Part shown: piece by piece, positions 39,423 to 47,982 of the stretch
Layout of the letters: each line of letters starts with the position of its first letter
Numbering within the stretch: the stretch's first letter is position 1
Assembly (NCBI GenBank): GCA_902766425.1
Contig: CACXDS010000224.1
Span: forward strand, 130 to 64,129
Length of the DNA stretch: 64,000 nucleotides
Source: an uncultured Lachnospiraceae bacterium
GTDB lineage: Bacteria; Bacillota; Clostridia; Lachnospirales; Lachnospiraceae
Direction of reading: 5' to 3'
Program-made: the position numbers and the translations under genes
Notes under the pieces: generated by a model
Seen by the model: the letters and a program-made list of their open reading frames with translations, nothing else
Told to the model about the DNA's origin: nothing
The model's database searches: none

Positions 39423-41111
39423 TTATACTATCACACCAAATCCCAGGATTGTCAACTTCTTATCCGCATCTTCCGGCAACATCTTTACTTCGATCAGATG
39501 CTCTGCCGCCTTTTCCTCCTGCAGAATAATCTGAGGAGTGCAATGTGTCCATCCCACCGCCCTCGGATCCAGTGTCAATACTTCCCTTCCATCCACAAGG
39601 ACCTTAGCCTTACCGCTGTCCACGGAGCCGCTGTCCTTGCTGACGATCAAAAGCCCCTTGCATGTGATCTTTACCGTAAAGGGCTCCGTGCCGCTCACAT
39701 GCTGCCAGTTATTTGGAAATTCCGGAACCGGCTTGATCTGATCATCCATCTCCACATATTGAAGCTCCGTATCCACCTCGGTAAAGCTACCGGGATTTAA
39801 ATCTCTAAGCAGATTGGATTTCCAGCTCTTATCCACCAGCTGAACATTCTCAAAATAGGTGCCGAACACCGGCTCCTTCTCTCTCCAATTGCCATCCTCC
39901 ATCGCCGGCGCCTGATCGATCTGCTTCATCAGGTACATCAGGCAATCCGACATAATGGCATGTCCCATATTGGTGGGATGATAAACATCATAAAAGAACT
40001 GACTCTTGGTCAAAACTCTGCCCGTCTCAGGCTTTAGATAGAACTGGGATACCACTCCCTGACGGACACTCACCATGGGCACCTCATATCTAAAGCCAAC
40101 AGGTCCAAGTCTCTCCTCCAGATTCCAGTCCCCGGCAAACACGGCATGGATCAGGATCACCGCCGTATCCTCCGAAAGTGCCAGACATTTGCGCACCAGG
40201 CTTTCATAGCATAGTCCTTTGGTCTCATCCCCTTCATCATTTACAGAGAACTCGATCACGATGAGATCCGGCTTCACCTTCCCTTCCCGAAGCACATCCC
40301 GTTCAAAACGGATCATGCCGAATTCGGAGGGCGTTCCGCCCACTCCGGCCTTGATGAGCTTTACATTCTCGCCGAAAGCGGCCTTAAACTTCTCCCAGGT
40401 CTGGTATGCATAGGACTTCAAATGAATGGGAACCGCCCCTGCACCCTGAGTAATGGATCCGCCGATAAAGGCAATGGTCACCTCCTCGCCCTTCTTCGCT
40501 CGATCGATCACCTTTTTCACTCTCGCATAATTGCCCAGATTCATCAGAGAGCGCTTCAGGATTGCTTGATAGGCCTCACCCTCCACATCGATCGAGACGC
40601 GCTCCTCCTGCTCGGGAGCGGTAAACCCTTCCCTCAGATAGAGCTTAACATCAACCGTTGCGAGACGCTCCGCCTTTTCAAATTCAAAGCGCATCTGTCC
40701 CACAACGGCATTATCGTCATTCCACTCATAATCATCCAGCCAGATGATCTGCTCCATGCCGTCCGGCTTGCAGGAAACCCTGATCGTATTGCCCGAATTC
40801 CCCGGATCTGTCTTTCCATACATTTGAAAGGCGAAATCGATCAGCTGATCCTGCTCATCCGCCTCAACGGTAACGCCAATTCCTGCCACCATATTCAAAA
40901 AGCCCTCCGCTGTGGTCAGGTTTTTCAGCATGGTTTCATCCGTGATATTTCCTACCATCTTTGCAAAGGTAGTGAGACGCTCACCATCCAGATAAATAAA
41001 CTGAATTCCCCGTCCGTCCGGTGTGGGATTACCCGCCACCGCCTTCTGCCTGCAGATATAAAAACTGCTCCCCTTTGCAGTTGGGTCCTTTGGTGCTTTC
41101 GGTCCTGTCAT
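39423..41111 (-). CDS. SGNH/GDSL hydrolase family protein (probable carbohydrate esterase)
   Basis: FIGGSITQG, GVGGT, EFSVND, DVYHP catalytic blocks. Lies between GH8 and GH115. Confidence 0.85.
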   Translation of the reverse strand: MTGPKAPKDPTAKGSSFYICRQKAVAGNPTPDGRGIQFIYLDGERLTTFAKMVGNITDETMLKNLTTAEGFLNMVAGIGVTVEADEQDQLIDFAFQMYGKTDPGNSGNTIRVSCKPDGMEQIIWLDDYEWNDDNAVVGQMRFEFEKAERLATVDVKLYLREGFTAPEQEERVSIDVEGEAYQAILKRSLMNLGNYARVKKVIDRAKKGEEVTIAFIGGSITQGAGAVPIHLKSYAYQTWEKFKAAFGENVKLIKAGVGGTPSEFGMIRFERDVLREGKVKPDLIVIEFSVNDEGDETKGLCYESLVRKCLALSEDTAVILIHAVFAGDWNLEERLGPVGFRYEVPMVSVRQGVVSQFYLKPETGRVLTKSQFFYDVYHPTNMGHAIMSDCLMYLMKQIDQAPAMEDGNWREKEPVFGTYFENVQLVDKSWKSNLLRDLNPGSFTEVDTELQYVEMDDQIKPVPEFPNNWQHVSGTEPFTVKITCKGLLIVSKDSGSVDSGKAKVLVDGREVLTLDPRAVGWTHCTPQIILQEEKAAEHLIEVKMLPEDADKKLTILGFGVIV

Positions 41112-41241
41112 GTTGTGCTTCCTCCTTCATTAAGTCGCTTTGCGACATTTACTCCATTCACTCGGCTTCTGGACAGCGAAGAAAATTTCGCCTAATTTAA
41201 GTCCGCCGACGCGGACGGATGCTTCGCGACATTTTCTATGT

Positions 41242-42402
41242 TTAATAGATCCTGTAATTTCCGCTGAGTGCCAAAAAGGCAAACAGATACAGGCAATTAT
41301 CATAATATCGTCTGTCACCGGTGCGCAGGGGCTCATTCCAGAATCTGGACACCCACTGAGCGGCGATAGCCTTCTCCTGATCCGTACTGTTTAGAGAAAT
41401 CGGGCCATCCACGGCCAGAGCCCCCTGCGCCGTTGTCACCAGAATTCCCACAGGATGAAGCGCCTTGATATCTAAGGGCGTGCCATCCACCTCATAGACG
41501 CGATAAGGATTATCTCTGTTTACCACGCCAAGAGTATACTGTAATCTGGCAGCTGCCCCCTTTTGCCCCGCGTCGATTCCCCACCACTCATAATCCAGAC
41601 CGATATTGGCCACTGTCCGATAGGCGTCACTGTAAAACCAGTCGTGTCTGTCCTTGGTCCAGGGAATCGGCCTGGACATAGGACTTCCGTCAAACTCCGC
41701 ATATTCCGCATTCATACCGGAGACAGGATGGCAGGCAACGGCGAGATAAGCTCTGCTGGCCTTGGCCGCCTCCTTCCAGAAGGGTCTGTCCTCCTCATAG
41801 GCCCACTCTCCAAAGAGCTCATAAAAATGCGGCAGATGATAGGAGGGGTCCGTATAATCGATCCCCGGTACAAAAAGGATCTGATGATTTTCATGATTCC
41901 ACATCGGGAAACCCTTACGACCGTTTTCTCCCTTGTGAAGAACTGCCCGAAGGATCTCCTTCGCCTGTGAGGAATACGCATAGATCCCCTCCCCGTCCCC
42001 CCATCTATGGGATGCAAAAAACAGGGCCATGGCAAAAAACTCCTCCCCGTCTGGCGCAGGGCCGTTTGCATTCTTCGTCCCATCCACAGCACAGGACCAG
42101 GCAAAATAACCCTCGTTAAAGCCATCCTCCATGTACATATAGGTCTTCGCCCATTTCCACAGGCGGTCAAATTCCTCCTTCATATTCAACTGCACACACA
42201 TCATCATGCCGTAGGACATCCCCTCCGTCCGGGCGTCATGATTTCCCGTGTCCTCTATATAGGCCATATCCTCTCCCACAGGGAAATATACCTTGTCCGG
42301 GCCGTAAAAAAAAGCCTGTTTGATCTGTTCCAGTCTGTCCCGGATCTCCTGATCCGTCCTTCCGATCTCCTTAAATATGTTCCGGTAAACCTGTTTTGAC
42401 AT
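41242..42402 (-). CDS. GH8 reducing-end xylose-releasing exo-oligoxylanase (Rex-like)
   Basis: DARTEGMSYGM, APDGEE, TDPSYH, SDAYR, RRYYD. No signal peptide. Confidence 0.92.
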   Translation of the reverse strand: MSKQVYRNIFKEIGRTDQEIRDRLEQIKQAFFYGPDKVYFPVGEDMAYIEDTGNHDARTEGMSYGMMMCVQLNMKEEFDRLWKWAKTYMYMEDGFNEGYFAWSCAVDGTKNANGPAPDGEEFFAMALFFASHRWGDGEGIYAYSSQAKEILRAVLHKGENGRKGFPMWNHENHQILFVPGIDYTDPSYHLPHFYELFGEWAYEEDRPFWKEAAKASRAYLAVACHPVSGMNAEYAEFDGSPMSRPIPWTKDRHDWFYSDAYRTVANIGLDYEWWGIDAGQKGAAARLQYTLGVVNRDNPYRVYEVDGTPLDIKALHPVGILVTTAQGALAVDGPISLNSTDQEKAIAAQWVSRFWNEPLRTGDRRYYDNCLYLFAFLALSGNYRIY

Positions 42403-42464
42403 GCTGTATCCTCCATCATTTCCAGAATCATAAATCTACCTGAGCACAATAACGCTTATATCCT

Positions 42465-42540
42465 ATCTTAATATGCCAAAGCCAAAAGGTCAATGAGGAA
42501 ACTCCCCAAAACATGCCAAATTCTTTACAGAAATTGCCAA
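42465..42540 (-). promoter_or_regulatory. Promoter of the GH8 cluster with upstream TTGGCA direct repeats
   Basis: TTGACC-N17-TAAGAT (42493-42465). TTGGCA at 42540-42535 and 42519-42514 (21-bp period). Confidence 0.5.
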
Positions 42541-42543
42541 TGT

Positions 42544-42573
42544 AAAAACGCCCCTCCGATCAAGGAGAGGCGT
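42544..42573 (-). terminator. Terminator after the ABC permease
   Basis: acgcccctcc...ggagagggcgt-like stem with T5 on the minus strand. Confidence 0.65.
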
Positions 42574-42598
42574 CGTTTCATATGATTGCACCTTCGGA

Positions 42599-44656
42599 TC
42601 AGTCCCCTTTTCCTCCGCTGACAATCTTGTAATATACTCGGGATGTCAATTTGTACAACACGGCATAGAAAATGCCAAACAGGATGAAATCCGTAACAGT
42701 AAGGCCAATGAGCAGTTTCAGATTTTTGACAAAAAGGAGCTGCAGAATTTTCCAGATCAGCGGATAAGCAAAGCCCAAATGGATACCCGCAAGTATCAGC
42801 GGTGCAAAAAACACTGTCAGAATCTGGGAATTGATACTCTTTTTTATATCCTGCTTTGTCATGCCGACCTTTTGCATGATTTCGAATCTGCTTTGATCCT
42901 CATATCCTTCCGAAATCTGCTTATAATAAATGATGAGCACCATGGCCGCAACGAACAGCACACTCAGAACAATGCCAAGGAAGAATAGACCCCCGTAGGT
43001 TCCGATGAAATCGTCCTTTTCCTGTGCCAGACAGGAAGAATAATAGCTGTAACCCCCATGAAGGTTTTGAGCAAACGCCAGATCGTCGTTTTGAAACACA
43101 TGCCTCAGATCATTATAAACTGCAATGCTCTTCTCATCATCCACGCCAAGATCATAACCATAATACCATCTGACGCTTACCGGCTGGTAATCATATGGTT
43201 CTTCAAGGTACAGAAACAGCGGATCCGCTTCATGTTCATCGCTCACGATGAGTACAAGACTGGGAATGATGGAAGCCTCATTTTCACCCAAAGGAAACAT
43301 TTCCGTAAGCTTATCCTTGATTTTCCAACTCACACCAAGAATGGAAAGGCTCTTTTCCTGATAGCTTTCCTCCTTCTCATAAAGATAGGCTTCCCCCTGT
43401 CCCAGTGTCAGATTTGTTCCCATCAGTCGGTTATAATCCCTTAAGGGAAGGATCTCCAGTTCTCTGAGCTTATCAAAGTGATCCAATTCGTCAAGTCCGC
43501 CCTGACCATCAGGGTTCATCTTCAGCTCAGATCCCTCCAGTAACCCCTCTGCCTCCGCATAGACATATCTCAGCACATTCTTCGGTTCCACTCCGTGCTT
43601 CTCAAAAACCTTCCCATAAGCCTCCAGCAGTTTTTCTTCATTTCCATCGCCGAGTACATCAAAGTTTGGAAAGTGGATTGCAAGCTCTCCCTCCCTGCAA
43701 AAGCGTGTCTCAATGGCATCATTCATGCCAAAGTACATACTGGAGGTGGAGGACAGCATGACAAGCACCATGGTACAGAGAATACAGATGGACGCCAGTC
43801 CCGCCCCATTTCTTCTCATCCGAAATACCATCGAAGAAACAGAAACAAAATGTTGCTTTTGATAATAATATTTTTTATTGTCCTTTAAGATCCTGCACAG
43901 AGCAACGGAGCCGGCAATAAAAAGAAAATAGGTCGCCACGATCACCATGATCACGGCGATGAAAAAAGTTGCCAACGCGGACAATGGCGATTTAATGGAG
44001 ACGGCGATCCAATAGGCAGCTCCCAAAAGCCCCAATCCCAAAATCGTCAGGATCCAGTTTGTTCTGGGGGGTTTTTCCCCCAGATTTTCGCTGTGGAACA
44101 GCTCCAGGGCCTTTGTCATCTGCACTGTGATCAGAGATTTCACCATCAGGATCAGAAAGATGACGGCATAGATCTTTACCGTAAAGAGCAATGCATTACC
44201 ATCCACATGCAGATCATAATTGGCATCTGCCTTCATGATATAAGCCAAAAGTAATTCCGACATTTTCGAAAACAGAATCCCTGAGAGAAGTCCCCCAAAA
44301 AGTCCAATGCCCATGGTGAACAAAGACTCCCAGAAAATGATCCGCCTAAGCCCCTTCTTTCCCATGCCCAATACATGATACAGACCAAATTCCTTGTATC
44401 TCCGTCGGTTCAAAAAGGAATTGGAATACAGCAGGAAAAGAACAGAAAAAAACGCTATCACAAACTGTCCCAGCCCCAAGCTTGTCTCCACGCTCCTGCC
44501 GCCCCGCATCTGTTTCAGAAGGGGTGAATACCCCAAGCTATGCAGGATATAAAAAGTCATGACTGTTCCCATGCATGTCAGGAGATAGGGCACATAAATC
44601 TGCCTGTTTTTTTTCATTCCGCTTATGGCAAGTTTAGGAAAAAAAGGCACTCTCAT
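42599..44656 (-). CDS. BceB-like (FtsX domain) ABC transporter permease
   Basis: RRYKEFGLY, about 10 hydrophobic helices with a large extracellular loop, YYKQISEG. Confidence 0.88.
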   Translation of the reverse strand: MRVPFFPKLAISGMKKNRQIYVPYLLTCMGTVMTFYILHSLGYSPLLKQMRGGRSVETSLGLGQFVIAFFSVLFLLYSNSFLNRRRYKEFGLYHVLGMGKKGLRRIIFWESLFTMGIGLFGGLLSGILFSKMSELLLAYIMKADANYDLHVDGNALLFTVKIYAVIFLILMVKSLITVQMTKALELFHSENLGEKPPRTNWILTILGLGLLGAAYWIAVSIKSPLSALATFFIAVIMVIVATYFLFIAGSVALCRILKDNKKYYYQKQHFVSVSSMVFRMRRNGAGLASICILCTMVLVMLSSTSSMYFGMNDAIETRFCREGELAIHFPNFDVLGDGNEEKLLEAYGKVFEKHGVEPKNVLRYVYAEAEGLLEGSELKMNPDGQGGLDELDHFDKLRELEILPLRDYNRLMGTNLTLGQGEAYLYEKEESYQEKSLSILGVSWKIKDKLTEMFPLGENEASIIPSLVLIVSDEHEADPLFLYLEEPYDYQPVSVRWYYGYDLGVDDEKSIAVYNDLRHVFQNDDLAFAQNLHGGYSYYSSCLAQEKDDFIGTYGGLFFLGIVLSVLFVAAMVLIIYYKQISEGYEDQSRFEIMQKVGMTKQDIKKSINSQILTVFFAPLILAGIHLGFAYPLIWKILQLLFVKNLKLLIGLTVTDFILFGIFYAVLYKLTSRVYYKIVSGGKGD

Positions 44657-45417
44657 TGTCTCGCACCTCCCGTCTGCAAAAGGGTCAGGGTGTCTGAGAT
44701 TTTTTGATAGAGCTGCTCATTATTACAATCTCCCCGGTAGATCTGGTGGAACACCTCGCCGTCCTTGATAAACAATACTCTTCCTGCGTGGCTCGCCGCC
44801 TTCACAGAATGCGTTACCATCAGGATGGTTTGTCCTCCCCGATTGATCTCGGAGAATAGGTTCAAAAGCTCATCCGTAGCCTTGGAATCCAAAGCTCCCG
44901 TGGGTTCATCCGCAAGAAGGATCTGGGGATCATTCATCAGCGCCCTGGCCACCGCCACGCGCTGCTTCTGACCGCCGGAAATCTCGTAGGGATATTTCTT
45001 TAATAGCTCCGAAATCCCAAGCTTCTTCGCAATGGGCGCAAGCTTCCCGCTCATCTCCTGGTAGCTCTTTCGCGCAAGTACCATGGGAAGAAATATATTA
45101 TCCTCCAGGGAAAAGGTATCCAACAGATTAAATTCCTGGAACACAAAGCCCAGATGATCCCGGCGAAACTCCGCCAGCTCGCTCTCCTTAATGTGCGAGG
45201 TTTCCTTTCCGTCTAAAAGCACCCTACCCGAAGTAGGTTTATCCAAGGATGCCAAAATATTCAAGAGCGTGGTCTTACCGGAACCGGATTCCCCCATGAT
45301 GGCCACATACTCTCCCTTTTCCACCGTAAAATTGACATCCTTCAGCGCCTCCACCTTTGCCCCGCCAAATCTGGTGGAATAAACCTTTTTCAAATGCTCT
45401 ACTGTCAACAAACTCAT
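44653..45417 (-). CDS. BceA-like ABC transporter ATP-binding protein
   Basis: GESGSGKTT, ISGGQKQR, LADEPTGALD, VTH. Confidence 0.93.
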   Translation of the reverse strand: MSLLTVEHLKKVYSTRFGGAKVEALKDVNFTVEKGEYVAIMGESGSGKTTLLNILASLDKPTSGRVLLDGKETSHIKESELAEFRRDHLGFVFQEFNLLDTFSLEDNIFLPMVLARKSYQEMSGKLAPIAKKLGISELLKKYPYEISGGQKQRVAVARALMNDPQILLADEPTGALDSKATDELLNLFSEINRGGQTILMVTHSVKAASHAGRVLFIKDGEVFHQIYRGDCNNEQLYQKISDTLTLLQTGGARQ

Positions 45418-45511
45418 TTTTTATTGCCTCCTTGCTTTGCTTACAAAAGAAGTTTAGCACAGATTCATACGCCGAATCCATTTCATTTTCTAACAAAGCA
45501 AGCCTTAATTC

Positions 45512-45525
45512 TTACAAATCTGTCA
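45512..45525 (-). promoter_or_regulatory. BceR-type response regulator binding site
   Basis: TGACA-GATT-TGTAA matches the TNACA-N4-TGTAA consensus, upstream of the ABC ATPase. Confidence 0.7.
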
Positions 45526-45528
45526 CAT

Positions 45529-46548
45529 TTACTCCGGCCTACTCATATGCTGCTCCAAATCAAGATACACACAGGTGCCTTCGCCCAAGGTGGATTCCGC
45601 CCGGACCCGAATGCCCAGATTATCACAGATCCTTTTGCAGAGATACAAGCCAAGGCCGCTGGCACGCTTGTCCTCCCTGCCATGATACCCTGTATAGCCC
45701 TTCTCAAAGATTCTGGGAAGATCCTCCGGTGCAATCCCGAGCCCCGTATCCTTTACATATAAAACGCAGGACTCCTTTGTTCCTATGGTGATACCGCCTT
45801 TAGGTGTATATTTCAAGGCATTGGACAGAATCTGCTCCAAAACAAAGGCAAGCCATTTTTCATCCGTCACAACAGTAAGCTCCGTCTCCTCATAAGCAAG
45901 CTTTAAGCCTCTGCCGATGAACTGCCCCGCCAGCCTTCGAAGCGTGGCTTTGATCACTGCATCCACCCTGCACTCCCGAAACATATAATCCGTGGTTTCA
46001 CTGTCCAGGCGCAGATAAGTCAGAACCATTTCCACATACTGTTCAATGCGCATCAGATCCTCGGACAAAGCTCTGGAAACCTCGCTGTCAAGCCCTTCCA
46101 ACCGCAGGCGCATGGAAGAAATAGGTGTTTTGATCTGATGGACCCATGTGGTAAAGTATTCCATGGTGTCCGAAAGCTGCTTTTGATGGGCGTAATCCTT
46201 CTCCTCCGCCCTCTCCAGCAGGCGCTGCATCAGTTCCCTATAGTCCCGATCTTCTTGATGTTCAAAATCCTTCAATACCTCCATCAGGTCATCCGGAAGC
46301 GTTGACAATTCACAAAGACGCTGATGCTTTTTCTTGACCTTTCCGTATTCGGCGAAAAGGCACCCCAACAAAACCAGCGCACATAGGCTTGCCGGATAGA
46401 GCACTGCTTTTAAGGGAAAACGATAAAAGAAAAAGGTAACGCCAAACAGGCAGACACATACAAGAAAGGTGATGATCCTTCCCATCCGTTCTTTCAAATA
46501 GTTTCCAAATCCGTATTTCATAAAATATTCTGTTTCCTCTCTTGTCAC
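45529..46548 (-). CDS. BceS/GraS-like intramembrane-sensing histidine kinase
   Basis: Two hydrophobic helices with a short loop, WVHQIKTP, NALKY, DTGLGI, GLGLYL. Start uncertain. Confidence 0.93.
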   Translation of the reverse strand: MTREETEYFMKYGFGNYLKERMGRIITFLVCVCLFGVTFFFYRFPLKAVLYPASLCALVLLGCLFAEYGKVKKKHQRLCELSTLPDDLMEVLKDFEHQEDRDYRELMQRLLERAEEKDYAHQKQLSDTMEYFTTWVHQIKTPISSMRLRLEGLDSEVSRALSEDLMRIEQYVEMVLTYLRLDSETTDYMFRECRVDAVIKATLRRLAGQFIGRGLKLAYEETELTVVTDEKWLAFVLEQILSNALKYTPKGGITIGTKESCVLYVKDTGLGIAPEDLPRIFEKGYTGYHGREDKRASGLGLYLCKRICDNLGIRVRAESTLGEGTCVYLDLEQHMSRPE

Positions 46549-46570
46549 GGCAGCATTGACCGCCTTTGCC

Positions 46571-47251
46571 TCAGCTCTCCGAAGGGATCAGATATCCCTG
46601 TCCAAACTTCGTCTCGATAAAGCCGTCCAGCCCGATCTGCTCCAGCTTTTTGCGAAGGCGCCCCACATTGACCGTCAAGGCATTCTCATCCACAAAGGCA
46701 TCTGTCTGCCAAAGTGCTTCCATCAGCTTTTCCCTACTGACAATCCTTCCCTTATTCTTCATGAGTGTCAATAGGATCCGGAATTCATTTTTGGATAGGG
46801 CAAGCTTCTCCCCGTTGTAATAGAAACTACCTTCCTCCGTGTTCAGCAGTCCGCCCCGATGTTCCAAAACCGAGACACTCTCTGCAAAGTCATAGGTCCT
46901 GCGGAGCAGCGCCTGTACCTTTGCCACCAGCACATCTCCATCAAAAGGCTTAGCAATAAAGTCATCTCCCCCCATGTTCATGGCCATGACAATGTTCATA
47001 TTGTCAGAAGCTGAGGAAACAAAAACAACGGGCACCTTGGAAATAGCCCGTATTTCCCTGCACCAATGATAGCCGTTCATAAAGGGAAGGGAGATGTCAA
47101 GTAGCACAAGGTGTGGCGCATATTCTGCAAAATCTGTCATCACTCTCCGAAAATCCGTGACGATCCAAACATCCATATCCCAGCTGCCAAGCCGCTCCGC
47201 CACTTCCTCACGGATCCCTGGCTCATCTTCCACGATCATAATCTTATACAT
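46571..47251 (-). CDS. BceR/GraR-like OmpR-family response regulator
   Basis: IVED, LLDISLP, GGDDFIAKPF, LTVNVGRLRKKL, GQGY. Confidence 0.94.
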   Translation of the reverse strand: MYKIMIVEDEPGIREEVAERLGSWDMDVWIVTDFRRVMTDFAEYAPHLVLLDISLPFMNGYHWCREIRAISKVPVVFVSSASDNMNIVMAMNMGGDDFIAKPFDGDVLVAKVQALLRRTYDFAESVSVLEHRGGLLNTEEGSFYYNGEKLALSKNEFRILLTLMKNKGRIVSREKLMEALWQTDAFVDENALTVNVGRLRKKLEQIGLDGFIETKFGQGYLIPSES

Positions 47252-47333
47252 TTCAGATCCTGCCTTTCCGCCCTGTATTCTCCTGCGTTTTCTATTCAGT
47301 ATACTCCAAACCTTCCGTTATCTCAAGTCAAGG

Positions 47334-47364
47334 AAACCCTCAGGATTTCTTCTTGAGGGTTTTT
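47334..47364. terminator. Terminator after the amidase
   Basis: aaaccctcagga...tcttgagggtttt. Confidence 0.7.
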
Positions 47365-47386
47365 CAGTTTATTCTTTTGGCATTCG

Positions 47387-47911
47387 TCACAAGCTCTTCA
47401 GAATCCCCTCGGCGATGGCGTTCGCCACCTCATCAAACCTGTCATCCAGGAGCCTATTGTCCGCATCTGTGTTGATAAACCCCACCTCCACCAGCACTGC
47501 CGGCATTCTCGTTCTGCGAAGCACTGCCAGATTGGGACGCTCTGAAATTCCCTGATTGGCAAATCCCACCTTTTCCAGCTCCGAATTGATATTCTTTGCC
47601 ATTCTCGCCGCGGACCCGTATTGATTATAAACCAGACTTTCCACTCCGGTATACTGATTGGGATAAGGACTGGAATTCCGGTGGATGGAAACAAAATAGT
47701 CCGCTCCCGCCTGATTCCCCTCTGCCGCCTTCTGTTGGGGGGACTCATAAATATCCGTGGTTCTGGTGTAATAAACCTCCTGGCCCTGTCTCTCCAGAAT
47801 CGCTCCCACTGCCAGAGCAATATTCAATGCATCATCTTTTTCCTGTCTCCCCTGATAGGTGGCACCCGGGTTTTCTCCCCCATGCCCCGCGTCCAATACG
47901 ATCAGCGCCAT
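47387..47911 (-). CDS. N-acetylmuramoyl-L-alanine amidase (Amidase_3), stand-alone catalytic domain
   Basis: LDAGHGG, EK, FVSIHRN, LAVLR, PAVLVEVGFI. Confidence 0.92.
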   Translation of the reverse strand: MALIVLDAGHGGENPGATYQGRQEKDDALNIALAVGAILERQGQEVYYTRTTDIYESPQQKAAEGNQAGADYFVSIHRNSSPYPNQYTGVESLVYNQYGSAARMAKNINSELEKVGFANQGISERPNLAVLRRTRMPAVLVEVGFINTDADNRLLDDRFDEVANAIAEGILKSL

Positions 47912-47982
47912 AAAAAACCTCCCGCATATCCGATATTACTGCTATCAGAATATGCGGGAGCGTAGCCGATGTTTCCCATTTG

